Shown here: positions 27,212 through 40,229 of the stretch, piece by piece | How positions within the stretch are numbered: position 1 is the first letter of the stretch | How the letters are laid out: each line of letters opens with the position of its first letter | NCBI RefSeq assembly: GCF_036365525.1 | Contig: NC_090371.1 | Coordinates: forward strand, 155,342,669-155,406,668 | Length of the DNA stretch: 64,000 nucleotides | Source of the DNA: Heterodontus francisci | Taxonomy: Eukaryota | Direction: 5' to 3' | Translations under genes and position numbers: made by a program | The notes under the pieces: generated by a model | The model's database searches: none | The model's input: the letters and a program-made list of their open reading frames with translations, nothing else | Told to the model about the DNA's origin: nothing

Positions 27212-28186
27212 TACTTGTTTTCCTACTACTCAAGCTATTATCCATGCAGCTGAGGCAATACAAAGGGGCATCTTTTACACTGGTCTTGATGATCTAATGG
27301 TTCAAGCCAGAGGCATCCTCCCTCTGCTCCTTATCACACTCTAAGTAAGGTATCTCGTCTTGGTTCCCATGGGAACATAGCTGCCTCTGCTTGCAGTTCT
27401 GTTCTTTTATTTCTGCTGTTCTTTGAATTTAACTTAATTAGTTATATAACCTATTATCTCTCTTTAATTGCTCTGCTTATCCTTCTACCCCTTCTCTCAT
27501 GTTATTCGCTCCTGCAAGGCATAACAGTCTCTTAGGTTAATGCAAAGGTAAAACATAACATATAGTTACACAGATATTCTTCGGATTACTTGGAAGCAGT
27601 ATTCTAACAGGTGCATTTCTAATTAAGCGCGTATCTTAATAAGAAACTAATGAATATATTGGAGGACCTCCAGACACTCTAACACCTGGCCTCACACCCT
27701 CTAACATGGCTGGCCTGACCAGGGATAGGAAGAAGCTTTGCCCCTTACAAAACCAAGTGGGAATTTCCAACTTAGTTTAACATAAGGACTACTTGGGTGC
27801 TGGGCTTTTTCCAAGCCATTCCACTGGAATGGAATTGTGGCAAATTGGACCAAGCTAATTTGTTCCATAGTCATTTTTATATTAAAAATGTTGCACCATT
27901 CAGAATAGTGTAATCATGTTCATGCAATGAAAATGTTGCAATACCAGTTTATCCATTGGGTGGAGTACTATTCAACCTTCTGTAAAAGTTCAAGTCATTT
28001 CTCAGGCTAGATTACTGTCATCTATGTAATAGGAATAATTAACATTCTTGTATCAAGCTTTCCTCTCTATTACTTAACAGAGGTGGTCAATGTTTTAAAA
28101 CTTGCTATTTATCATGTGCCAAACATTGTGAAATGGCAGCAAAGTGAAAAGATGGTCAGCTAAATTGTCAATCTAGTTGACTTCAA

Positions 28187-28800
28187 GGCTCTGAGATTAA
28201 CAGGGAGATGGGGAGGGTACGGGGGGGCCGAAATCAGTTGAAAAATCCAGCAAGGCAAGTGAAGTCATCTTAACTGATCTAAACGGCAGAGCCTTATTAA
28301 CATATTGTAGGATTGCCTCTAGCCCAGCAGCCAGCCAAGCGAACAGTCTGGCTGCAGTCAGGGACTCTTGGGAATGATCTCCAGCACTGGCCAGTGAACA
28401 GGAGGGCGTACGAGGCTAGGCTAGGATCAAGGTAAAGAGAGGTCGAAGGCTTCCTTGCGGGGCCTGGGGGAGAACTCTTGCTCCACCTGGCCCACAAGGA
28501 GTGGTAAAAGAGCCATTTACCTTGGGGAGTTGGCAGCTGCTGCCTCAGATCAGGTGCTGGAAATCAGCCACCTCAAACCTCCCCCTCACTTACCATTAAA
28601 TTTAAGTCGGAGTGCTAATGATGTCATCAGGCAACAACTTTGCTATAGTAATTAGGCCTTATCTATCTTTTGGGGGAACCTTTTCCATGGCCTGAATCCT
28701 GCACTTTAAAATTTAAATGGCTAAGAATGGAGTCGGTTTGGGTCAGGATGCCTGATGTTGATTTTTTAACCTCCTCCTCAAAATCCTTTCCATGCCTGTC
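28187..28800. mobile_element. Degenerate MITE-like GC-rich element
   Basis: Composition and internal motifs resemble the other MITEs, but the termini are unclear. Confidence 0.35.
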
Positions 28801-28803
28801 GGG

Positions 28804-29669
28804 CAGGTTTGCCACCTATGGTTTGATGTATTCCTGAAGATTTGATCATATGAAATTTGCTCACATGGCATTTAATCATGTGATATTTACCCACTGTTGG
28901 CAAATGTTACTGCATTTACCTTAGTTGAGTGCCCCAATATCACCAAGTCTCGAATAACATATTTGACTTCTTGTTTTATATGGAGACAATAACATAATTT
29001 ATGAATCAAAGAAAGAACATAAAAGAATATAATGATTTATGTATAAGTAATGCTTAAATAAAATCTACTTCTGTGATGCTTTCATCATATCAGCTGCAGT
29101 GAGAAACTCCAATTCCACTGATTCAACAAAAATATCATCGATATAAGTAATTTTCAACTAATGTGTTCATACAATTATATGAATTTTTACAATACGCAGC
29201 AGTGAGTTATGAAAATAATAAATAAAACCAAAACCAAAACTAATTGAATTCACTGACTCCCACACACTACTGCAGAAACCCAGCTTCAGAGAGGTGAGGC
29301 TTAGCCCTCAGGGAGATGCAACAAAGCTGCCTGACTCCAGTAATAAAACATCTTATACAACAGCATACATCACAGGCCAACATGAGCACGCCACTTCAGT
29401 TTGTATTTCTCTCTCTCTCTCACCCCCTCAGTTTGTGTTGTTCCCTCTCTCCCTCTCTCAGTTTATGTTTTTCTCTCTTTCTCCCTCCCTTAGTTTATGT
29501 TCGTTCTCCTTCCTTCTGTGCTGTTCCCTCTCTCCCTCCACAGTTTTGTATTTCTTTATCCCTCCTCACTTGTGTTACTTTCTCGGGTCTTGTGGTGTTT
29601 CCAGGCAATTTTTGTTGGCCCCGATGTTGTCATCCTCCCAACTGGCATTCCAAATAGTGGTGACACCAG
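28804..29669. mobile_element. Possible non-autonomous hAT/Tip100-like element
   Basis: Imperfect termini caggtttgccacc...ggtgacaccag with subterminal tattcctgaa / ttccaggcaa. No TSD verified. Confidence 0.35.
29396..29585. repeat. Degenerate ~30-bp pyrimidine-rich minisatellite
   Basis: About six units starting cagtttrt followed by (ct)-rich runs. Confidence 0.75.
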
Positions 29670-29728
29670 CAAGACACAGGCAAAGCATTTTGATTGTAAG
29701 CCATGACAGCCAAGGAAGAGAGCTCAGA

Positions 29729-31302
29729 GGGTGGAATCTTACCGGTCTCATGGACGCGGTTTTGAAGGTGGGTCCAGGAACAAACTTGGAGATTACGGTG
29801 TCAGGTTGGAGGTTGACACGTTCCTGCCTCCAGGCAATCTTGGCGGAGGCAGCTGAACAACGGCAACATCTGCCCCCCGCCACCACCACCCCTCCAAGTA
29901 CCAGCGGTAGCCAATAATGATCAACTAAGGACCTAATGAAGGAGACGAGGAGAATTCCGCCGGGATCTTCCTGACATCAAAGTGGACGCCCACTGAGTGC
30001 TGAGCCCAGCAGCTGCATGGAAGTGACCACCTGGCAGCAGGCCAAGTGGTCATCAGAGCGTGAGGTTTCATGCCTCAATGAGGGGGCTGCAGCTGTCCCT
30101 ACCAACTTCGTGCCTCTTCATTTTTGAAATTTTATGCATGTTTCCAAGGGCACCTTCATTTTGATTAGAATCTTCTGGTGATTGTTTATTTTCAGGAGTC
30201 GAGACCATTTCAGGGTTCTGAAAATAAACAATCACCAGAAGATTCCAATCAAAGTGGAGGCCATTTCCAACCCCATACAGATCTGCATTGTGGATCTGGA
30301 GTGATCTTCTGGGAGGTGGCCTCCTAATTGGCCGTCTCTGCATCTGCTATCCAATTAGGGATGAGTTCCTGAGGCTGCAGGCCCAATCAGAGGGCTGGTA
30401 GCTATGGAAGGCCGGCAGTCCCACCAGGAAAGGTGGGCACTGATATGATTGTATGTGTGGGCTTGAGTATTAGAGAATATATGGTACTTGGAAGTGAAAC
30501 TGAATGGAACTCAGTGTTTTGGGGTTGACCTGGGGTTGTTGTAAGGTCAGATAAGCATATGCTCCTGTCATGAGCAGCAGTAAGCAAGAACTCTACAGAA
30601 GTCTTTTTATTAAAGCTTGTTAAATCTTTATTAAATTTAAATCTGTGACTTCAAGTGTGATTCTTCAGCCCGAGATGTGACAGGCACTGCTCAGGCAGAA
30701 AGGAGAGAGCGAGGGCACCTCAAAATAGACGTGACCTTGGAAGCATGCATATAATTTCAAAAATGGAGAGGGCCAAAGCCGTCAGGACCATCAGTGCAGC
30801 GGGAAAACCCCTACAGAGGATTTGTTTGGATTGCAGGTGCAACCTTTCCTACCCGCAGCCCCATCCTTGGGGCATGAAGCCTCCAGCTCTGACTGACCTG
30901 CTGCCAGGAAGCTTCCATGGAACTGCCAGGATCCGTACTCAGCGGAGATCCTAGTGGAGTCCTCCCTGTCCCCTTCATTAGGCCCTAAATTGATCATTAT
31001 TGGCTATTTGCTGCTGCCAGGTGGGTATCTGCGGCCATTGTTCACATGTTTCCAGCAAGATCGCCTGGAGGCAGGAACACGTCAGCCAGCTGAGCTGACG
31101 GCCTAATCTCCAAGTTTGCTCCTGATTCCACATTCAAACCCACCTCCGTGGGACAGGGAAGATACCATCCAGAAGGATTGTTTCTCCTGAGCTGGCAGCA
31201 GTAGCGCACAAGAGACCGATCGTCCATTCCAGTAGACTCCCACGCAAAGTGGGAGGATTGGTAACCCTATTGTCAGGGTGGGTGGGGTTAAAATCAAGGC
31301 CC
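29729..31302. mobile_element. Long Harbinger-type non-autonomous element with internal inverted arms
   Basis: Termini gggtggaatcttac...ttaaaatcaaggccc. Inverted matches ~29810-29846 vs ~31050-31086 and ~30110-30164 vs ~30715-30772. Confidence 0.75.
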
Positions 31303-31319
31303 AAGTCTCGAAAGATTAG

Positions 31320-32600
31320 GTTGAAGCTGTTCAGTGCCTTGTTCAGGTCACGCAGAGAGTTCTCTGCATGGTATAAAAGAGATATCTAGGCCTTAGAAGC
31401 AGTGCAGAGGAGAGAAATCAAGCTGTTCCCTGGTGTCAGAGAAAAGAATGACGAAGAATAAAGCAATTATCTCGGTCTCTTCAGAATAAAAGATATGTCA
31501 CCGGAGAGACCTTATAAAAGTATATAATGTATTTAACGGGATAGAAAAAGGAAATAGTTTCAGATATGCCAGGGATAAGGCTAGAGATTCAGAATTATGA
31601 AGGGCAAATTTGGAATAGATAGCAACAAATATTTTTTTACATTGAGGATGATCAATAGTTGGAACAGGTTTCAAGGAAAGGAGGGGTGGGGAAAAGTGAG
31701 GGTGTGAAGTCATAATTTTGTATTCATTTAAGAAACAGCTAATTTAGATTAGAGATACAGCACTGAAACAGGCCCTTCGGCCCACTGAGTCTGTGCCGAC
31801 CATCAACCACCCATTTATACTAATCCTACACTAATCCCATATTCCTACCAAACATCCCCACCTGTCCCTATATTTCCCTACCACCTACCTATACTAGTGA
31901 CAATTTATAATGGCCAATTTACCTATCAACCTGCAAGTCTTTGGCTTGTGGGAGGAAACCGGAGCACCCGGAGAAAACCCACGCAGACACAGGGAGAACT
32001 TGCAAACTCCACACAGGCAGTACCCAGAATCGAACCCGGGTCCCTGGAGCTGTGAGGCTGCAGTGCTAACCACTGTGCCACTCTGTTCCTATAATGTTAT
32101 AGGAAGTATGTTTGGTATTCTGAAAGGATGAGATAGAATGGACTGAAAACCCTTCTTCAGTGAGGAATCTTACTTGGCTTGTTACAAAAATTAAGGCATA
32201 TGATCTAACAGAAAATGTAGCAGCATGGAGAGAAAGTTGATTGACAGACAGGAAACTAAGAGTTAGGATAAAAGAGTGTTACTCAGATTAGAGAAGGTGT
32301 GGAAGTTGGAGAGCCCCAGGGGTTAGTTATAGGTATGTTTTTGTTCTCAGTATGTATAGATGATTTTAATTTAAGCAAAGTGAGCACAGTTTCAAAATTT
32401 ACTGATGACATAAACAGCAAGCAGGACTGTAACAGAAATCAGGCAAACGTAGACAGGTTAGAGAAATGAGCGGAAAGGGATAAGTCTGAGCTAATAAATT
32501 TTGAGATGAAAAACAAGAAATAGGAGCATACACTCAATGGAAAGATGCTGAAGGGAGTGGATGAACAGAGACACCCAAGGGTTCAAATGCATAATTCCCT
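31320..32600 (+). mobile_element. Degenerate CR1 fragments flanking a SINE
   Basis: gccttgttcaggtcacg..gcagtgcagagg, gagaccttataaaagtatataa and tcaaaatttactgatgaca match CR1 ORF2. Confidence 0.65.
31742..32081 (-). mobile_element. Full-length HE1-type SINE (tRNA head, V domain, CR1/HER1-like tail)
   Basis: Minus-strand A box tggcacagtgg and B box ggttcgattc, central ccgggtgctccggtttcctcccac, tail gggccgaagggcctgtttcagtgctgtatctcta. The family name is from recall. Confidence 0.9.
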
Positions 32601-32608
32601 GGCAGCAT

Positions 32609-35500
32609 GGGCAGACCTTGATCCGGCCAACAGGAGAGGGTTTGGAGGTGTGGTGGGGAGGAAAAATCGAGACAGAACGCACTCGACCAGAAACCCAACG
32701 TCAGTTCTGATTTTGTCAGTGGCAGGAAAGGTCTAAGGCGGCGTTGCCACTACGACGCAGCTGGACTGTAATTACAATTGTTGAACAGGTATTTAGCCTG
32801 TATTTGCATTGGCCTGACTCTGATTTTATGGAGGGTTTCCAACTTAATGAATGGCTCTGCAGTTCCCCAGCCGTTTAAAGGTGGCAGGAAGCCAGCCATG
32901 ATGACCATTATATAGGGGAAGAGGGGGGAGTGATGGCCATTGTCTTCCTGCGGTGGTGGGCTCTCTGCAAGGGTGGGACCTGTCTTGGGTGGTGGGCTCT
33001 CTGAAAGGGTGGGTGCAGAGAGGCATTAGTTCATGTTCAGAAGGGAGTAGCAAGGGGATGTTCTCAAGGTAAGATCCTCTCTCCAAGGACAGTGCACAGG
33101 AGGGGAAGAAATCAACTGACATGAGTCTCATTCCCACAGTCTTTGTGGAGCCCTGTGCTGCACAGCAGTGTTTAGAGGATGGGAGGTCCGGGATCCAGCT
33201 GGGCATGCCAGTGAAGCTTAAATAGGTGTGTGACAGCAGCCGGAACTGCCAAGAAGGGCCTATACGCTGCAGAGAGTGTACCAGACTTACCTCAACAAAC
33301 TGTAAATGTCCGAACAGCAGTGCCAGTCAAGACTATGGCTCTATGCACAATGCTGCAGGATGAGCTGCAACCCAAGGACTTCAGGTGACACCCAATGCCC
33401 ATGACCCTGAAGATCACCGTGGAACTCAACTTTTACACATTTGGGTCTTTCCAGGGATTCACTGGTGACATGTGTGGGGTTCCCCAGGCAGCAGCCCACT
33501 GCTGAATTAAGGAGGTGACCAATGCCTTGTTCAAGAGGGTTGGCAATTATGTGCATTACTGGACCGACCCGAACAGTCTCGGGGAGAGGGCCATCAGCTT
33601 AGGAGTCATCATTGGATTCTCCCAGGTGCAAGGTGTCATCGACTGCACGCATGTGACCAGCAAGGCTCTCACAGAATAGCCAGGGGCCTTCATCAACAGG
33701 AAGGGCTTCTATTATATCAATATCTGTGACCATCAAAAGCGCATCCTGCAGAAGTGTGCCCACTTCCTGGGAAGCAGCTACGACACAGAATCACAGAAAC
33801 ATAGAATTGTTACAGCACGGAAGGAGGCCATTTCACCCACCGTGTCTGCACTGGTTGTCCAAAGGAACAATTTACCTAGTACCTTTCCCCTGCCTTCTCC
33901 CTGTAGCCCTGCATGTTCTTCCTTTTCAGATAGCAATCCAATTCCTTCTACATACTTCGACAGTCCCAGGTGCCAAAACTTTTCAGGCGCCACCCGTTCA
34001 CCTTCAGGGATGGATTCTCAGGGACAAGGGCTACACATTGAAGACATGGCTACGCATGCCAGTGAGAAACACTTGCACTGCAGCAGAGTAGAGATACAGC
34101 ACCTGCCATGGGTCCACCCAAGTGACCATCAAGCAGGCCTTTGGGGTTCTGAAGATGAGATTCCAGTGCTTCGATCGCTCCAATAGAGTTCTGCAGTATG
34201 TGCCAGCGAGTGTCTTGTGTATCGTGGTGGTCTGCTGTGCTCTGCACTATCTAGCACTGAAAAGGGAGGAGGCTTTGCATCAAGAGGACATGATTGATCA
34301 CCAGCCCTCATCCGACAAGGAGGATGTGGAGGAGGCTGATGAGCAGGCAGCACTGGATGATGAACTCCTTGCATTGGAAGTAAAGGGCATTGAGAGACAT
34401 GCATGGGAGGCTCAAGACAATCTCATACATGCCCTGTTGCTGCCACCATCATGCCCTCTCGAAATCAATACAATAATGCAAAATCACTTCAATGTAGGCT
34501 GCCTTTTGCCTCCTTTCTATTGCATTACAACACCTAGGTTCACCATGCACACTCATACAGCTGAAATGCTGACCAAATGTGGCCTGCTCCTATGCTGGCA
34601 GCCCATTTTTGGAACAAGGGTAAATGTGACATCAGACAAGACTGCAATCAAAGCATGAGCAATTGACAACAATGACTTCAACATCGATTTAATTTCACTA
34701 TTCGAGCAACCATAACAAGGCCAAATTATTAACACCCATGAAACCTCAAATGCACCTTGGTGCTCTTCTTTATGCACTTTTATGTGTTCCTATGCAGTGT
34801 GACCCCTGCACTGGCAACTGAGGTGTAGGCAGGCTGCTGAACATGCTGTTTCCTGGCCTGGGATGACTTTGGCAGGTATCCTTTAGCTGCCTGAGGACTG
34901 GAGGGCCCCAGCTGCTTGAGGGGTTCCAGCTACAGGAGCTGGGGGTCACCAGCAGAGGGGCTGAAGAGCCACTGTCCACACTCGGAGTACCCTGATAGGA
35001 GCTCCCTAATGTGGAGGGCAGCCTCACCTCCTCCCTGTCAAGGCTCACTTGACCCTGCTAACCAGAGAAGGATGAGGACCAGGTGAAAACTCTAGGCGCC
35101 TCATCCACTTCTCATCTTTCCACTGCTGCATTAAGCTCATGGACAAGGAGATGATATACAGTTCTGTACACATCTGCAGGATCTCTCTCGCTATAAAGAT
35201 TACCAGCCACTCGATGGAGGAAGACATGCTCACATAGCTGAGACATCACAGCACTCATGGTATGGTTGCACAACTCCATTATCTACTCATGACTGTACAG
35301 TGCCTCTGGCAGCTCCGGCAGATGTTCCCTTACCTCTTGCTGTAACTCCAGCATGTCTATGCTGCCGACACCAGAGGCTCATCATCAGCCTGGGGCTCAG
35401 CATGGGTTTGGCCTCCCACAGTCCACCGACTGTCAATGTTCTCACCTGTCACAGCCTCCGTCAGCTGCTCGGGCGCCTGTGTGATGTTGTCACCAACTTG
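32609..35500. mobile_element. Decayed Harbinger transposon (transposase on +, second-gene remnants on -)
   Basis: Encodes GVIDCTHV, FINRKGFYYINI, GWILRDKGY and TIKQAFGVLKMRFQCFD. Boundaries approximate. Confidence 0.85.
33270..34430 (+). pseudogene. Harbinger DDE transposase, near-full span, disrupted by stops, frameshifts and a CR1 tail (~33787-33945, -)
   Basis: All three DDE motif regions are visible. The third reads IKQAFG instead of IEQAFG. Confidence 0.88.
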
Positions 35501-35504
35501 TGAC

Positions 35505-35690
35505 CCTGAATTAAAAAGGGCTGAGTTAGATAGATTCTTGATTGACAAGGCAGTCAAAGGTTATAGCAGTTGACAGCAAAGTAAAGTTGAGGCCACAATC
35601 AGACCAGCCATGATCTTATCAAATGGCGGAGCAGGCTCGAGGGCCAGAATGTCCTATTCCTGCTCCTAATTCGTATGGATGTATGTACGT
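35505..35690 (+). mobile_element. CR1 3' tail
   Basis: gctgagttagatagattcttg...cagccatgatcttatcaaatggcggagcaggctcgagggcc. Confidence 0.8.
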
Positions 35691-35747
35691 AATGTAAGCC
35701 CGAGTGCATACACACTGATGTGAAAGTTTCTGCACTGGTGGACGCAA

Positions 35748-38700
35748 GAACACAAAAGTTAGCTGCAGGAGTAGACCATATGGCCCATCGAGCCTGCTCC
35801 TCCATTCAAAATTATCATGGCTGATCTTCGGATTCAACTCCACTTTCCCGCCCGTTTGTCATACCCCTTGATTCCCAGTGAGACCAAAACTCTGTCTATC
35901 CCAGCTTTAAATGTGTTCAACGATGGAGCATCCACAACCCTCTGGGGTAGAGAATTCCAAAGATTCACAACCCTTTGAGTGAAATAATTTCTCATCATCT
36001 TAGTCCTGAATGTTCGGCCCCTTATCCTGAGACTATACCCCCATCCAACCAGCGGAGATAATCTCTCAGTGTCTACCCTATCCAGCCCCTTTAGAATCTT
36101 ATGTTTCAATGAGATCACCTCTGATTCTTCTAAACTCAGAGAATATAGGCCTAATTTACTTAGTCTCTCATCATCGGACAACCCCCTCATCCCAGGGACC
36201 AATCTAGTGAACCTTTGCTGCATTGCCTCCAATTCAAGTATATCCTTTCTTAAATATGGAGACTAAAATTGCACACAGTAGTCCAGATGTGGTCTCACCA
36301 AAACCCTGTACAATTGTAGCAAGACATCCTTATTCTTGTACTCAAATCCCCTTGCAATAAAGGCCAAAATGCCATTTACCTTCCTAATTGCTTGTTGTAC
36401 CGGTATATTAACTTTCTGTGTTCGTTGTACAAGCATCGCCAAGTCTCTTTGAATATTGACCCTTACAAATTGCACACCTTTTAAAAAATGTTCTGCTTTT
36501 CTATTCTTATGACCAAAGTGAATGACTTCACACTTCCTTACATTGTACTCCATCTGCTATCTTGTTGCCCACTCACTTAACCTGTCCATATCTCTTTGCA
36601 GCCTCTCTGTGTCCTCCTCACAGCTTACCTTTCCACCTACCTTTGTATCATCAGCATCTTAGATACATTAATCTCTCTCTCTCCATCTAAGTTATTAATA
36701 TAGATTGTAAATAGATGAGGCTCCAGCACTGATCCTTGCGGCACTCCACTATTTACTGCCTGCCAACTTGAAAATGCCCTGTTATGCCCACTTATGCTTC
36801 CTGTCTGTTAACCAATCATCTATCCATGCTGTTATATTACTCCCAACTCTATTAGCCCTTATCTTGCCAATTAGCCTTTTGTGTGGCATTATATTGCATG
36901 CCTTTTGGAAATCCAGGTATACTACATCTACTGGTTCCCCTTTATCTACCCTACTAGTTACATCCTCAAAAAAAATCTAATAAATTTGTCAAACAGGATT
37001 TCCCTTTAGTAAAACCATGTTGACCTGTTCTAATCATACTGTGCTTTTCTAAGTGCATTGTTAAGAATTCCTTAATAATAGAAACCAGCATTTTCCCAAC
37101 AACTGTTGTTACGCTAACTGGCCTGTAGTTCCCTGTTATCTCACTCCCTCCTTTCCTGAAAAGCAGTGTAACATTTGCTAGCTTCCAATCTGATGGGATC
37201 ATTCCTGAATTTAAGGAATTTTGGAAAATCATAGCTAGTACATCCACTATATCTGCAGCTGTCTGTTTTAGAACCCTATGATGTAGGACATCGGGTCCTG
37301 GATATTTGTCACACTTTAGTCCCTTAAGTTTCTCCAATACTAATATGAATTTCCTCACTCTTTTTAGAACCATAGAAAAATTACAGCACAGAAAGAGGCC
37401 ATTCAGCCCATCATGTCTGTGCTGGCTGAAAAAACTAGCTGCCCAATTTAATCCCACCTTCCAGCACCTGGTCCGTAGCCTTGGAGGTTACAGCATTTCA
37501 GGTGCAAGTCCAGGTACCTTTTAGCCCCTAGGTTACTGCCTATTTCTGGTATGGTACTTATGCCTTCTACTGTGAAGACAGACACAAAATATTTGTTCAA
37601 TGCCTCTGTCATTTCCTCATTCCCCATGATAATTTCTCCTGTCTCTGCTTCCAAGGATCCAATGTTTACTTTAGCTATTCTCTTCCTTTTGGTATACCTA
37701 TAAAAGCTCTTACAGTCTGTTTTTATGTTACTGGCTAGTTTACTCTCATATTCTTTTTTTTAATCAACTTTTTGCTGGCCCTTTGCTGGTTGCTAAAACA
37801 TTCCCAATCCTCAAACTTGTTACCATTTTTTGCAACATTGTAAGCCTTTTCTTTTAATCTAATGCTATCCTTAACTTCCTGAGTGAGCCACAGATGGGTC
37901 TTTCTGAATAAGCTTTTGATTTTCAAATGTATGTATTTCTGTTGAACATTTTGAATTGTTTCTTTAAAGATTCCCCACTGTTCATTTACTGCCATATGTT
38001 TTAGTCTATTTACCCAATTTACCTTAGCCTGTTCTCCCCTCATGCCTACATAATTTGCTTTGTTTAAGTTTAAGATTCTTGTTTGTGATTGGACCATGTC
38101 ACTTTCAAACTTATCATGTAATTCAATGGTATTTTGATCACTGTTTCTCAGTAGATCTTTGACTATGACATTGCTAATTAACCCTGCGTCATTACACAAT
38201 ACTAGATCTAAGATAGCTTTACCCCTAGTTGGCTCCACAATGTATTGCTCCAAGAATCTGTCCCAAAAACATTCTACAAACTCATCTACTAGACCACTCC
38301 TGCCAATTTCATTGTCCCAGTCTATATGAAGATTAAAGACCCCCACAATTATTGCATTGCCTTTGTTACAAGCTCCAATAATTTCTTGTTTAATGCTCTG
38401 TCCAACGGTGTAACTACTGTTAGGGGGCCTATAAACTACTCCCACCAGTGTTTTCTGATTCTTGCTATTCCTAATTTCCACCCATACTGATTCTACTTCA
38501 TGATCTTCTGAGGCTGGATCCTTTCTCACTAATGCCCTTATCATCCTTTATCATCAGTGCTACCCCTCCTCCTTTGCTATTCTATCTGTCTTTCCAAAAT
38601 ATTGTATACCCTGGAATATTTATTTCCCAACTGTGATCACCATGTAACCATGTCTCTGTGATGGCAATTAGATCTAAATCATTGTACCTCTATTTGTGCC

Positions 38701-38760
38701 ATTAGTTCATCAATCTTATTGCAGAGGCTTCGCACATTCAGATATAGAAACTTTAATTTC
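35748..38760 (-). mobile_element. CR1/HER1 LINE ORF2 and 3' UTR, disrupted; a short CR1 tail is nested at ~37365-37500
   Basis: ORFs 37735..38544 (APE), 36966..37457, 36263..36553 and 35834..36232. Confidence 0.93.
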
Positions 38761-38762
38761 AT

Positions 38763-40158
38763 TGGTGACCATGAAACTACTAAAAACCCACTTGGTTCAC
38801 TGATGTCCTTGAGGCAAGGAAATGAGCCATCCTTACCAGGTCTGGCCTACATGTGACTCCAGACCCATAGCAACGTGGTTGATTCTGAACTGCCCTCTGA
38901 AATGGCCGAGCAAACCACTCTGTTATATCAAACTGTTGCAGAAAAGTTGAATAAGAACTCCCTTCCTAACAGCTGTTATGCACGGAAGGAGCTGTGATGA
39001 AATAAACAATGAAATGGAAAAATTATGAATGAAAATGTCAACTGTTAAACAAAACCACAAGAACATGGACAATTGTACCACAGTCAAAATTGATTGGCGG
39101 TCACATGAACCCTCCTTTACTTGAAATCAACAAACCTGTCTGAAAAGATGGAACTCATTAACCTCATCTGAAATAGTTCTGGGGAGAACCTCTTTGAAAT
39201 TGAAAAGAGCACAATTGTGTATTAATTATACTTATCAACATGAATGAACTAACAAAAGATTTTGGAGACAGACAAAATCACAACCCAAACAAAAATTGAA
39301 TAGGTGTGAAATAATACCGTGTTAACAGAATGGTCCCCTTTCTGACATCAATTGATTGTCACGGTCTCCACATCCTTGTCCATTGTGTGGTCACACATGG
39401 GAAGGGACGTGGGTCTCCTAACAGGAACTCTAATGTGATAGATTTTTACCTTAAAAAGATAGCCCTCAGGAGAGAGAGAGGAGATCAAGCCAAAACCTCA
39501 GAAAGCCAGTCCAGCCAGAGGCTGTACAAGAGATCTAGCCAAGCAAAAATAACCTGCTGAACAACAACTGGAACAGCCACTACAGCAGAGACATCACAAA
39601 GTGATTTTGATACTCACCATCTGTGAAGGTAATAAAATCCACACCACCAGCTTTGTGTTATGTTATAACCACTAGAGCTCTATAACACCTCAACAAGTTC
39701 AAGACTACAAACACCCAGGCCTGCACCTTTAAAAAATACTTTCTTTCTGAAAGGATTCAACAGGTTTACTGTAAACCATGAACACTTACCTCATATTGGA
39801 CTTCAAGCTACATTCTATCCTTTTCTCTCTATTTATTCTTGTTTATGTGTGTGTGAGGATGAATGTGAGCGTGGGTGAGGTTGCAACCATTTCGGAAATT
39901 GTATAAAAATAGTTTTTTTTTTTAACCGACGAGAAAACCTATCATTTGTCTGTGTATTTGATCTGAAAGACACTTAGGGGCTAACGCATCATTTTAACAA
40001 AACACAATTGCGGTCACTGGGAGGTCAACAGTGAGAACCACCCACACCTCTTTCCACCTGTCTAACACAGCAGCGTGGGTATACCTATACCACATGGGCT
40101 CCACTACCTTAGTGATGGGCAGCAAATACTGGCCTTGCCAGCAATGCTCACATCCTGC
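38763..40158 (+). mobile_element. Bipartite SINE-like derivative of the tRNA-headed LINE (tRNA head missing), split by a solo LTR
   Basis: 38763-38955 matches ~45352-45552, then jumps to the LINE's terminal segment (gaactcccttcctaacagc, ~48294). The tail resumes at 40072. Confidence 0.8.
38974..40067 (+). mobile_element. Solo LTR, 1094 bp
   Basis: TGTTA...TAACA termini and an exact 4-bp TSD CAGC (38970-38973, 40068-40071). Removing it restores the host SINE sequence. Strand is tentative. Confidence 0.88.
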
Positions 40159-40229
40159 CATAGGACGAGCCCTGCACCTCAGTTATGGTAATTGCTTCTC
40201 GTGCTGCCGCTGAGACCAGTGCCAGGCTG

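Noticed and set aside
26295-27344. Cluster of overlapping Gly/Pro-rich ORFs (also at 10786-11379 and 58407-59290)
   Set aside because: These are GC-rich MITE sequences with few stop codons and no domain motifs.
29294-29917. 207-aa ORF
   Set aside because: It spans a pyrimidine minisatellite and two unrelated repeats.
33270-34430. Domesticated HARBI1 host gene
   Set aside because: Multiple stops and frameshifts, a CR1 insertion and a mutated catalytic Glu. Similar relics occur three times in the window.
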